A DNA stretch of 64,000 nucleotides from a virus. A model generated the notes under the pieces. It searched no databases. It was given only the letters and a program-made list of their open reading frames with translations, and was not told where the DNA came from. Position numbers and translations under genes: made by a program. The stretch's first letter is position 1. Each line of letters opens with the position of its first letter. Below, one piece after another: positions 38,021 through 46,632 of the stretch. Where the stretch lies: IMG/VR virus record IMGVR_UViG_3300034021_001440, positions 48,419 to 112,418 of that record, one strand, 5' to 3'.

Positions 38021-40297
38021 GTGGCACTGTTATCTTTTCCATCACCTGCTGTCAACGGTCAACTGTACCCTGCGACGCCTGTTGCTGGGCAAAATCAATA
38101 TCAGTGGGAGACGGCAACCAACACATGGAGACTGCTCGGGGCAGCAACCGGTGTGATTCCGGGAGTGTATGGTGACGTCAATAACATTCCGCAGATTACT
38201 GTTGATGCCACGGGGCGCATCACAGTTGCCACAAATATTGCCATCGGTGCCAACTATGTAAAGACAAACAATACAAGCGCGTACAATAATTACGTTTGGC
38301 CCAATGCCGATGGCGGTGCCTCTGATATTCTGACAACGGACGGTTCGGGCAACCTGGCCTGGCAAAGTTTCCCGTTCACCAACTATTGGCAACTGATCGG
38401 TTCGACTCTGCTGCCTGCCACGCCTGGGCAAACCCTGGCCATCACAGACTCTGGCTCCAACTTCACATTTGTCACAGACCCAGCCACAAAAGAAACAGAG
38501 TTTCTTGACGGCACGACTGCCGTTGTTGTGACTCCGAATGCGGCGGGAGTTTCCACGATTGCCGTGTCTGGGGCAGGTTCCCTTGCTCAACCGCTTGGTC
38601 TTTTGGGCTCTGACTTCAGCGTCTCTGCCTATGGAAACTCATATCTCAACACTCCGTCCAATCTCACTTTCACACAGTCACTCTTCAGTGTCAGCACTCC
38701 GATCTCAACCGACGCTGCCCTGACGGTCAACGCTGGCACAGCCAATAGCTTCTCCACTCCGCCCTCACGCGGAACCAGCGGTCAAATCCTGGTCACCAAC
38801 GGTGACGGAACCACATCGTGGGTCACCAACCCTGAGCAAGGATGGTGGGCTCGCTCTGGCAGCAACCTCTATCCCGAGAACAACGGTGACAACGTACAGA
38901 TTCGAAGCCTGGCAAATATTCCTGTCATTGAGCTCAACTCGGACGGCACTGCCTCTTTCATCAAAGGCAATCAAAGTCTTTTCATCACACCTCAGGACAT
39001 CACCGGCAACGTTGAACTGAAAGTTATCAACCTGCCGGGAGCGGGAAGTCTCAACGTTGACGCCAACTCTGTAAACCTGCGTGCTTTTGGTGGAGCCTAC
39101 ACCAACCCGCCAACGCAGTTCCTTCTCAATCACACACAAGGCATCACATTTGACGCCGACATCTCTGGCACCCGTCGCAATCTTTTGACGGCAAACCTGG
39201 ACGGGGACTTTGAAGTTGGATACAATATTGACTTCGGCGCTCCTGCTTTGTCGGTTGATGGCTTGCTCGGAAACACTCGCGTCGGTGGTATTCTGACGGT
39301 CAACAACGGTGTTGGCCCTGGACCCACCCCTGGTCCGAACTCATACGCCTTCCCCAACAACCGTGGCATCGCTGGCTACGTGCTGATGACAAACGCAGAC
39401 GGCTCCACAAAGTGGGAGAACGTGGCACTGTTGAGTGGTTACTGGACGCAATCGCTTTCTGGTCTGGACTTGTATCCGACACAGGCTGGACAGAACGTGT
39501 TCATTCGTGACTCTGCAAGCAACAATGCGATTGAGCTTTTTGCTGCTGGTTACATTGTTGCCTACGGCGGTGACGTCAATGATCCAACTTATGCGGTGGC
39601 CAACAACGGCACCGGCATGTACGGCACGAACAGTGAGCTGGACTTTGCCGTCAATGGTCTGCAAGTTGCGAAGATCGACCAGAATTATTTCTACAGCTAC
39701 GGTGAAATCCAGATGGAAGGGGTGGCAACCAACCCCGGCACCACAGCTGTGTTTGAAAATGACAACGCTGCCCTGCGTTTCGTTGCCAGCTCTGACCCCC
39801 TCGTTCTCAAGAACATCGAGTTTGAAATCGGTGAGAACATTCAGGCGGGTTTCTTCAACAACACCGGAGACTTTGCCGTTGTTCAGGGCAACGCCTCGGT
39901 CGGTTCGGCAAACATTGTCACATACATTGACTCAACCACTCTGGCAGTCGGCAGCGCCAGTGCCAACCAAGGCGGCCTCTTCAAATACGTCTCGGCGTTC
40001 AATGGTGGCGACGGCGTTGAAACATACCAGGACGAAGCCACTGGCGACTGGAACCTGAGAATGGATCACACGGCAACTCCGGTTGTCACAGTCAATGCCA
40101 CTGACATCAACCTGGACACAAACCTGGATGTTGCCGGAGACACCACTCTCAATGGCAATCTGTTCTATCCTGCACCGACTGTTCCTCCTGCCTCTGCTTC
40201 ACCTGGCACACCGGGACAGATTGCGTGGGATGCCAACTATATTTATGTTTGCGTTGCTCTGAATACTTGGAAGCGTTCGCCGCTGGCCACCTGGTAA
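38021..40297 (+). CDS. tail fibre-like structural protein
   Basis: LSFPSPAVNGQLYP N-terminus; repeated G..L.T..DG...W knots; C-terminal GTPGQIAWDANYIYVCVALNTWKR motif. Confidence 0.75.
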   Translation: MALLSFPSPAVNGQLYPATPVAGQNQYQWETATNTWRLLGAATGVIPGVYGDVNNIPQITVDATGRITVATNIAIGANYVKTNNTSAYNNYVWPNADGGASDILTTDGSGNLAWQSFPFTNYWQLIGSTLLPATPGQTLAITDSGSNFTFVTDPATKETEFLDGTTAVVVTPNAAGVSTIAVSGAGSLAQPLGLLGSDFSVSAYGNSYLNTPSNLTFTQSLFSVSTPISTDAALTVNAGTANSFSTPPSRGTSGQILVTNGDGTTSWVTNPEQGWWARSGSNLYPENNGDNVQIRSLANIPVIELNSDGTASFIKGNQSLFITPQDITGNVELKVINLPGAGSLNVDANSVNLRAFGGAYTNPPTQFLLNHTQGITFDADISGTRRNLLTANLDGDFEVGYNIDFGAPALSVDGLLGNTRVGGILTVNNGVGPGPTPGPNSYAFPNNRGIAGYVLMTNADGSTKWENVALLSGYWTQSLSGLDLYPTQAGQNVFIRDSASNNAIELFAAGYIVAYGGDVNDPTYAVANNGTGMYGTNSELDFAVNGLQVAKIDQNYFYSYGEIQMEGVATNPGTTAVFENDNAALRFVASSDPLVLKNIEFEIGENIQAGFFNNTGDFAVVQGNASVGSANIVTYIDSTTLAVGSASANQGGLFKYVSAFNGGDGVETYQDEATGDWNLRMDHTATPVVTVNATDINLDTNLDVAGDTTLNGNLFYPAPTVPPASASPGTPGQIAWDANYIYVCVALNTWKRSPLATW

Positions 40298-41050
40298 TCA
40301 GAAGTCCAGCGACAAGTCTTCGGGGTCTTCGGCAGCGAATGACCCAATCAACTCTAGGGGAGTGACATAACCGTCGCTCCCTTTTGATCTATTTGCCGTG
40401 GCACACACCATCGCGTACCGTGCGTGATCTCTGTGAAAATCTTGCCATTCTTCCCAGAGTTCGCTGTCTTTGAATCTTTTCTTTGTGGGCGGACCACACA
40501 GTGTCAGATCTGTGTATTGCAACTCCAACGAACTGATAAACCGGTCGGCAATTTCTGAAAAAGTCATACCAACGTGGTCAATGTCCGTGCGCATACCTTT
40601 GCGAATCTTGAGTCCCGACAAAGGACAGAGAATCGGCAACTCCACGCCTTTGCGATACTCCTGAAGCTGTTCCAGAATGCCACCCCTCATCGCTGCCTTG
40701 ACGGCATTGTAATGTTTCTCTTCTGGCGTGGCCGAGGTTACGATTCGCTTGACGGGATATAATTCATCAATAAGTTTTGCTTTGCCAATCGGTTGCCGTG
40801 TGCTCCCGCGCTCCAACGAAAGCATCTTCACTCGGCGCCCAGCAGCAGTGTCCAGATATCTCAACCTCACCTGCACTTCAGAGTCAGAAGCCATCTTGCC
40901 CCAACGCTCCGTCAGTCGACAGGATCTCAGTACAAACTCTGCCGGCTCTCCAATTATCAAGCTGTTTGCACGGTGGTTGTTGATGATGCGGGAAAGTTTC
41001 GAAGAATAGTCAGTCTTCGTCAGTCCAAAAGTTTCGCGGCCAAGTGTCAT
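40298..41050 (-). CDS. putative HNH/His-Me finger nuclease-like protein
   Basis: CPLSG...TDIDH...VCATANRSKG; ATG 41050 lies 32 nt after a minus-strand GGGTAAA. Confidence 0.55.
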   Translation of the reverse strand: MTLGRETFGLTKTDYSSKLSRIINNHRANSLIIGEPAEFVLRSCRLTERWGKMASDSEVQVRLRYLDTAAGRRVKMLSLERGSTRQPIGKAKLIDELYPVKRIVTSATPEEKHYNAVKAAMRGGILEQLQEYRKGVELPILCPLSGLKIRKGMRTDIDHVGMTFSEIADRFISSLELQYTDLTLCGPPTKKRFKDSELWEEWQDFHRDHARYAMVCATANRSKGSDGYVTPLELIGSFAAEDPEDLSLDF

Positions 41051-41075
41051 GGGTGCCGTGTTGTGTCTATGAAAA

Positions 41076-41082
41076 TTTACCC
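41076..41082 (-). promoter_or_regulatory. GGGTAAA putative late promoter on the minus strand
   Basis: Reads TTTACCC on the + strand, 32 nt from ATG 41050. Confidence 0.55.
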
Positions 41083-41110
41083 GTTTACCGACGGCGGCGG
41101 GAGCTATACT
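41083..41110 (+). promoter_or_regulatory. early-type promoter GTTTAC-N16-TATACT
   Basis: Recurring pattern. Confidence 0.6.
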
Positions 41111-41136
41111 GCAAAGAGACATGAGGTGTCCACGAT

Positions 41137-41490
41137 GTGACCACAATCATTCGCAGGCGCGAAGACTTGCGTTTGCTTCAAGGAACAGAGGTGCTCGTGT
41201 CTGGGCGCTTGAAAGAGTATCGCCGCCACGAAAAGCGACGGGACCTTGATACGCTGCTCCTTGTAAACCTAATCGTTACTCCGATCCCACTCGGTGAGTC
41301 GATCTTTTTGAGTCATCTGTGGTTCTTGCGACGACAGTTTCGAAAGATTGGAAAAGTGCCAGAGCAAAGCCAAAGGATACAGTTTATTGGAGAAGTGTAC
41401 TCTTATCGACGTCTCGGAGGTAAGAGCATCGACCGAGGGCTTTTCAACACCACCGACTTCGGTATCAAACCTCTACGCTATGAAGATTAA
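41137..41490 (+). CDS. hypothetical basic protein
   Basis: GTG start after GAGGT; ORF downstream of the promoter. Confidence 0.6.
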   Translation: MTTIIRRREDLRLLQGTEVLVSGRLKEYRRHEKRRDLDTLLLVNLIVTPIPLGESIFLSHLWFLRRQFRKIGKVPEQSQRIQFIGEVYSYRRLGGKSIDRGLFNTTDFGIKPLRYED

Positions 41491-41686
41491 CATAACCAAC
41501 CGGTTCACCGCCCAAGGCACCGAGTTCTATGAGTGGGATCTCTGGGACGGTCCAGCCGACAGCTCCGACCATGCTCACGGTTATGCCACCGACCTTGTGC
41601 ATGCTTTTTCAAAAATTCTTGAGTGGCGCGAACGAATTGCAAACGACTATGCCGACCTCTTCACTGACACAGAACAAGCTGGCTGA
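41480..41686 (+). CDS. small hypothetical protein
   Basis: MKINITNRF...; overlaps both neighbours and fills the gap. Confidence 0.55.
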   Translation: MKINITNRFTAQGTEFYEWDLWDGPADSSDHAHGYATDLVHAFSKILEWRERIANDYADLFTDTEQAG

Positions 41687-42278
41687 ATACAAAACCAATG
41701 CAAAGCAGTGGGCTCAGGAGCGACTTGCCGATGAGAACACCGTCATTATTGACATTGAAAGCACGGGCTTGCTTCACCAGGACCCGGACACGGAGATCGT
41801 TCAAATTTGTATTCTGAACGTTCACTCTCGTCCTCTTTTCAGCATGATGCTGAAACCTTCGCAACCAATGAAGGAGGAAGTGATTGCCATTCACAAAATC
41901 AGCAATGAGCAAATCTTTAATCAGCCTCTGTTCCCGCAAGTTGCAAAGATTATTGCTTTCACTCTGAAGGACAAACACGTCGTGTCCTGGAATATGGACT
42001 TTGACTGGAAGCTCCTGATGCACATGTTCAAAAAGTATGAGCAGGAAACTCCAAAGATTGCCGGGGCCTCCTGCGCGATGGATCGTTATTCCGAGTGGTC
42101 GGGTGAGTGGTCGTCGAAAAAAGATGGCTTCAAATGGCAACGCCTCCCCAACTTTCTCGGCGAAGAGTCGCACGACGCCATCAACGATTGCCGCAATGCT
42201 TTGAAAGCAATGCAAAAAATGGCAGGGTTGTTCAACGAAGAGCAACTCACTGCATCAGACATTGACTTGGATTTCTGA
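41649..42278 (+). CDS. DEDDh 3'-5' exonuclease (DnaQ/epsilon-like)
   Basis: IIDIESTGL, WNMDFD and HDAINDC motifs. Confidence 0.85.
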   Translation: MPTSSLTQNKLAEYKTNAKQWAQERLADENTVIIDIESTGLLHQDPDTEIVQICILNVHSRPLFSMMLKPSQPMKEEVIAIHKISNEQIFNQPLFPQVAKIIAFTLKDKHVVSWNMDFDWKLLMHMFKKYEQETPKIAGASCAMDRYSEWSGEWSSKKDGFKWQRLPNFLGEESHDAINDCRNALKAMQKMAGLFNEEQLTASDIDLDF

Positions 42279-42290
42279 TGTGGGTATAAC
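42262..42290 (+). promoter_or_regulatory. sigma70-like promoter TTGACT-N17-TATAAC for the homing endonuclease
   Basis: Near-consensus hexamers with 17-nt spacing. Confidence 0.5.
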
Positions 42291-42310
42291 TTTGTAAATG
42301 CTGACGGTCG

Positions 42311-42919
42311 ATGAAAAAACACTTCTATGTTTATTATTCCTATGAGGAGTGGGGTAGAGGATACATCGGCCGCCGCGAATGTATTTGTTTGCCCGAGGAG
42401 GACACCAAATACTTTGGGTCTTTCAGGGACAAATCTTTTCAACCCACGAGCAAAATAATCCTCGCCACTTTCAACACACGAGAAGAAATGTGTCAGGCAG
42501 AAGTTGATTTGCATCTACTATTTCGAGTTGATGAAAATCCTCACTTTGCAAACAAAGCACGACAAACCTCCAACAAATTCTGTATGGATATGCAAGGAGA
42601 AAAAAATCCCAACTTTGGGAATAGGTGGAAGTGGACGGAGGAACAAAGGAGAGCGAGAAGCCAACTCTGTAAAGGAAGAAAAGGCACACCTCACTCCGAA
42701 AATACAAAAGAAAAAATTCGACAAACTCGAAAAGCAAAAAATTGTGGCATTGGAAATCAAAACGCACGGGGGAATTCATTCTCTCTCACCGATGAACAAA
42801 AAGAAAATAGGCGAAGAGCAGCCCTGGCACGGCCCATCCTTGAGTGCCCCGTGTGCGGAAGGGAGTGCAAAGGCACTGCCGGCGTCGCCAACCATTTGAG
42901 AAGCCACGGAGACTTTTGA
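42311..42919 (+). mobile_element. free-standing GIY-YIG homing endonuclease (Seg-like) with NUMOD3-like repeats
   Basis: FYVYYS...GYIGRR...YFGS; GEKNPNFG, HSENTKEKIR; C-terminal CPVC zinc finger; A-rich composition. Confidence 0.8.
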
Positions 42920-42948
42920 GTTTACTTCTCTGGCAAAAACACTAAACT
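42920..42948 (+). promoter_or_regulatory. early-type promoter GTTTAC-N17-TAAACT
   Basis: Recurring pattern. Confidence 0.6.
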
Positions 42949-42970
42949 GTTATTGAATCTACCTAGACCG

Positions 42971-43357
42971 ATGATCACTTTTGGCACGTATCGCCTGACC
43001 TACACTCCCCCCGAAGAGACTTTTGGCTCTGTGGAGTCGACAGTTGATATGTCAATCTCCTCCGAAGCAGACCTGAACGATATGCTCGGCTTCTTCGAGG
43101 ATTTTCTCCGGGCCACCGGATACCAACTTGGCAACTCTATTCTGCAACTGGAAGAGCCGCCTGCTCTCAACAATTCGAACCAAGATTTCTGGGAAGACGA
43201 CGGGGTCTCGCTCGTTGGCAATCCTTGGACCGCAACCCTTGGAAACTACGGCAAGAGTGACCAGGGTATTGTCTTCACTGGCACACGTCTTCCCGGTGGT
43301 GATGATCACCTGTCGTTCCGCTCCTGCTTTGGCTCTGACGTTGTCACCTTCAGCTGA
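42971..43357 (+). CDS. hypothetical protein
   Basis: LNDMLGFFEDFLRATGY motif of small myovirus ORFs; TGATG coupling to thyX. Confidence 0.6.
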   Translation: MITFGTYRLTYTPPEETFGSVESTVDMSISSEADLNDMLGFFEDFLRATGYQLGNSILQLEEPPALNNSNQDFWEDDGVSLVGNPWTATLGNYGKSDQGIVFTGTRLPGGDDHLSFRSCFGSDVVTFS

Positions 43358-44142
43358 TGAAAAATACCTCTCCCTGGTTTATTGAAGGGTCGTCCAAAGC
43401 TCGGATGGTCTGGGTCACCCCAGACGCCGAAGAGCACATTGCCTACATTGCTCGCGTCAGCAATCCGAAAAACCAAGAGAACGAAAAGTTTGAAGGACTG
43501 CTGAAGTATTGCATCAAGCACGGCCACGTTTCCGTCTTCGAGCAAGCAGCAATGTGCGTGGAGATTGTCACTCCGCTTGCGATTGCCACCCAGTTGCTGA
43601 GGCACCGTTCCTTCTGCTTTCAGCAGTTTTCGATGCGATACAGCAGCAACGAAGAACTGAAAGAGTTGCTCGGTGACTTTGGGAATCTGTATTACGTTCC
43701 TGAGGAAGCTCGTCTCCAAGACACAAAGAATCGTCAGAATAGCATCTTCGCAGAGGACGCCCAGCTCGACGACGCAATGCAGAACACAATGCTTTCTGCC
43801 TACAACATCGCAGACCTTTGTTACAATGATCTCCTTGAACGTGGCATCGCAAAAGAAATCGCAAGGTTCGTACTTCCGCAGGGTGGTTTTACTCGCTTGT
43901 ACGTTACAGGTAGCTGTCGCAGCTGGATGCATTATCTTGGGGTCCGTGATGACGAAGGTGTTGTTCAGTGGGAACACGTCGAACTCGCCCGTGCCATCCG
44001 GCCAATCTTCGCCACGCAGTTCCCAACCGTGAACCGTGCCTTCTTCAATCGCGATCGAAACCCGCTGGAGGTGGAGAATGAAGAGTTGAAGGCTGAGGTT
44101 GCTTTTCTGAGAGCACTTCAAAGGGAAAAGAACAATGGATAA
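43357..44142 (+). CDS. thyX: flavin-dependent thymidylate synthase
   Basis: GHVSVFEQ, QLLRHRSFCFQQFSMRY (RHRx7SxR), KEIARFVLP, QWEH. Confidence 0.92.
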   Translation: MKNTSPWFIEGSSKARMVWVTPDAEEHIAYIARVSNPKNQENEKFEGLLKYCIKHGHVSVFEQAAMCVEIVTPLAIATQLLRHRSFCFQQFSMRYSSNEELKELLGDFGNLYYVPEEARLQDTKNRQNSIFAEDAQLDDAMQNTMLSAYNIADLCYNDLLERGIAKEIARFVLPQGGFTRLYVTGSCRSWMHYLGVRDDEGVVQWEHVELARAIRPIFATQFPTVNRAFFNRDRNPLEVENEELKAEVAFLRALQREKNNG

Positions 44143-44758
44143 AGTTCGAGGTTTCGACCAGTTTCTCTACACTTTTGACGTTCCGTTTCGCATTCTGAAT
44201 ACTGCTCAACAGATTGCTTTTTCTCTTGACTATCACGAAAATCACTACAACCTCACTTCGAAAGTTGAAGACTCAATTGGTTTGCCAGAGATGGCAATCG
44301 TGCGAGAGTGGATCGACGAACAGCTGGAGGAACTGCGTCAGGAAGAACGGTTCGAGTGTGACTCAGTCAAGACTTGCATCGAGTGGTTCAACAAGTCTTT
44401 TCCAGGAATGTGGCATCACGCACACACTCACGACAACTCTTTCCTGAGTGGCCTGATCTACCTGACTGAGTCCAACGCAGAGACCTGGTTCAGTATTCCC
44501 AGCATCTGGAGCAAAGAGTACACGATGCTGAATCTGAGTCCTGCAAATAAAGGTCTCACGTTTCTAAAGTATCCTACAACTGTGGGGAAGATGATTGTCT
44601 TTCCTTCGAGTTTACTTCACAGTGTATCTGAACATAATAATCCAGAGCCCCGTTTCTCATTGGCATTCAATGCCTTTCCGTCGGGACTCGTCGGAAGCAG
44701 GTCGGAAACGCACCATCGCCGTTTCATGCACGTTACCGTTAATCAGACTACCCTTTAA
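44135..44758 (+). CDS. putative 2OG-Fe(II) oxygenase (TIGR02466-like)
   Basis: HAHTHDNSFLSGLIYL...FPSSLLHSV...RFSLAFN. Confidence 0.8.
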   Translation: MDKVRGFDQFLYTFDVPFRILNTAQQIAFSLDYHENHYNLTSKVEDSIGLPEMAIVREWIDEQLEELRQEERFECDSVKTCIEWFNKSFPGMWHHAHTHDNSFLSGLIYLTESNAETWFSIPSIWSKEYTMLNLSPANKGLTFLKYPTTVGKMIVFPSSLLHSVSEHNNPEPRFSLAFNAFPSGLVGSRSETHHRRFMHVTVNQTTL

Positions 44759-44982
44759 TGACTTCCACTCTTACAAAGCAGCTCGTCCACGCCTACTGGC
44801 ACATTCTCGAGGACTTCCCTTCGAAAGACGGTGAATACGTTGTTGTGTTTGCGACTGACGAGGGCACCTTTGGCTACCCAGATGTCTGGGAGTTTACTGC
44901 CCGCGATGGGTGGCAACCGCTCTTCGGACTGAGTCACGAGGACCAACCCACTCACTGGTGTAACTTGCCAATGCCCAAATGA
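44758..44982 (+). CDS. DUF551-like small protein
   Basis: W....DFP..DGEY.V...PTHWCNLPMP pattern. Confidence 0.55.
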   Translation: MTSTLTKQLVHAYWHILEDFPSKDGEYVVVFATDEGTFGYPDVWEFTARDGWQPLFGLSHEDQPTHWCNLPMPK

Positions 44983-45950
44983 CTGATAGACCGAAACTAG
45001 AGAGCGCCTTTACTCTCGACCACAATCCATCGCCCTTAGTGGTAGTTGACTTTCACGTTTACCTTCACGACGTCAAGCGATGGTTTGAGGATAAGATTGA
45101 AGGCTCCTTTAGTGAAGAGGTCGAAGATAAACTCATCAAGGGGGCGTGGGCACTGAAGGTCAATCGCGGACCTGACATGCTCCCTCGTCATTCCCACCGC
45201 ATTCTTGTCGTTGCCGACTCTCGTTTCCAGGACACAGGAAACTACTGGCGCGACAAGTTCATGAAAGAATCACAAGAAGTTCAAGAGGCTTGGAGCAACT
45301 ATGCTGAGAAAGAGGGCAAAGACCTTGCTGAGTTACCTACGCATTACAAGGGAACGCGAACTGAAAAGGATGCCACCTTTTGGCGAGTATTTGACATTGG
45401 GTGGGAGTATGTCAACGCCTACTTCCCGGTTTTCTCTCAGGAAGGTTACGAGGCAGACGACATTGCGGGCGCTATCTATCGCATCAGTCGGGATAACCTT
45501 GGCGACGGCATTGCTCATAAAAGGCAAATCCTCCTCTCGACGCTAGACCGCGACTGGTCTCAACTTGTAGATGAAGAGCACCGTGTCTATTTCGCCAACT
45601 CCAGAGTACCGTTCCCTTCGGAAAAAATACAAGAGAGACTTGTGGGTAACCAGGGCGTCATCGAGCATACTGCTCATCGCATGGGTTTTGAACTCGATCA
45701 CCCTAAGAACCTCGCTGACTGGAAAGTCAAGCACGGGGACATGGGGGATAATCTTCCTCCAGGTAGTCCTAAGTGTTTGTTTGATCTTTGCGAGGCAAAC
45801 CCTCATTACACTATTGAAAAAGCGGCACCGTGGTACGTGGAGTTGGTAGAGTGTATGAATGATCCCGCGTCGAACATTCGTGACGACCACTTTGAGCAGA
45901 CTCTTAGACAGTTTGCCAAGATTTGCCTAGAGGCCCCAGTCAAACTCTAG
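44979..45950 (+). CDS. 5'-3' exonuclease / flap endonuclease (T4 RNase H-like)
   Basis: YKGTR, YEADDIAG, DRDWSQL and GDMGDNLP motifs. Confidence 0.85.
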   Translation: MTDRPKLESAFTLDHNPSPLVVVDFHVYLHDVKRWFEDKIEGSFSEEVEDKLIKGAWALKVNRGPDMLPRHSHRILVVADSRFQDTGNYWRDKFMKESQEVQEAWSNYAEKEGKDLAELPTHYKGTRTEKDATFWRVFDIGWEYVNAYFPVFSQEGYEADDIAGAIYRISRDNLGDGIAHKRQILLSTLDRDWSQLVDEEHRVYFANSRVPFPSEKIQERLVGNQGVIEHTAHRMGFELDHPKNLADWKVKHGDMGDNLPPGSPKCLFDLCEANPHYTIEKAAPWYVELVECMNDPASNIRDDHFEQTLRQFAKICLEAPVKL

Positions 45951-45951
45951 C

Positions 45952-45959
45952 GGGTAAAA
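45952..45959 (+). promoter_or_regulatory. GGGTAAAA putative late promoter
   Basis: 31 nt before ATG 45983. Confidence 0.65.
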
Positions 45960-45982
45960 CCATTTAGATTGACCGAGAAAGA

Positions 45983-46630
45983 ATGGCTGATGCAGCCTAT
46001 CAAGCAAAATACCTGGCGACTGCAAGGCTTCTTTGGGACGCTTCTCACGGCGTTCCGGAGGATATTCCTTCGGACTATTGTGAGTATCTTGAGCATGAGT
46101 ATGTTGATGGGGATATCTCTTTGGTTCCTCTTCTCCCTAAACTTGACTATACGGAGCACCTAGAAGACTGGGAAGTTGACGAAGCCATCGAGATGCTTGG
46201 CAAAGTCAAACCCGAAGACTGGCCCGACATTGCGGACATTGAGAGTATCTCCGCCGAGGCGCTGTTGCAAGATGAAGGCGAATATGACTTCGTTGAAGAC
46301 AACCTGAGCACTGCTGAGAAGACAGAGAGAGTTCTTGCGTCGGCAATCTCTTCCGTCTTCGGTGCTCCCGTCTCTGAAGTTCGCAGCGAAAAAGGATATT
46401 TCCCCAATCCCAAAAACCATTTCCTTCTGGAAGATGACGGTACGTTTGCTGGAACGTTTTCCCACGAAGGCAAAAAGTACTTGTTTGAAATCTTTCCTGA
46501 CGAGCAGGGTTGGACAGTGACATACCGAATGCACTGGAAAGACCTCAACGATTTGCCCGCCGTGGCAGACCAAGACAACGAGAAGAAAAATGACTACACA
46601 CGGCACGTTCGTAATCGTGGTTGGAGGTAG
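45983..46630 (+). CDS. acidic hypothetical protein (late)
   Basis: ORF after the late motif. Confidence 0.65.
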   Translation: MADAAYQAKYLATARLLWDASHGVPEDIPSDYCEYLEHEYVDGDISLVPLLPKLDYTEHLEDWEVDEAIEMLGKVKPEDWPDIADIESISAEALLQDEGEYDFVEDNLSTAEKTERVLASAISSVFGAPVSEVRSEKGYFPNPKNHFLLEDDGTFAGTFSHEGKKYLFEIFPDEQGWTVTYRMHWKDLNDLPAVADQDNEKKNDYTRHVRNRGWR

Positions 46631-46632
46631 AG

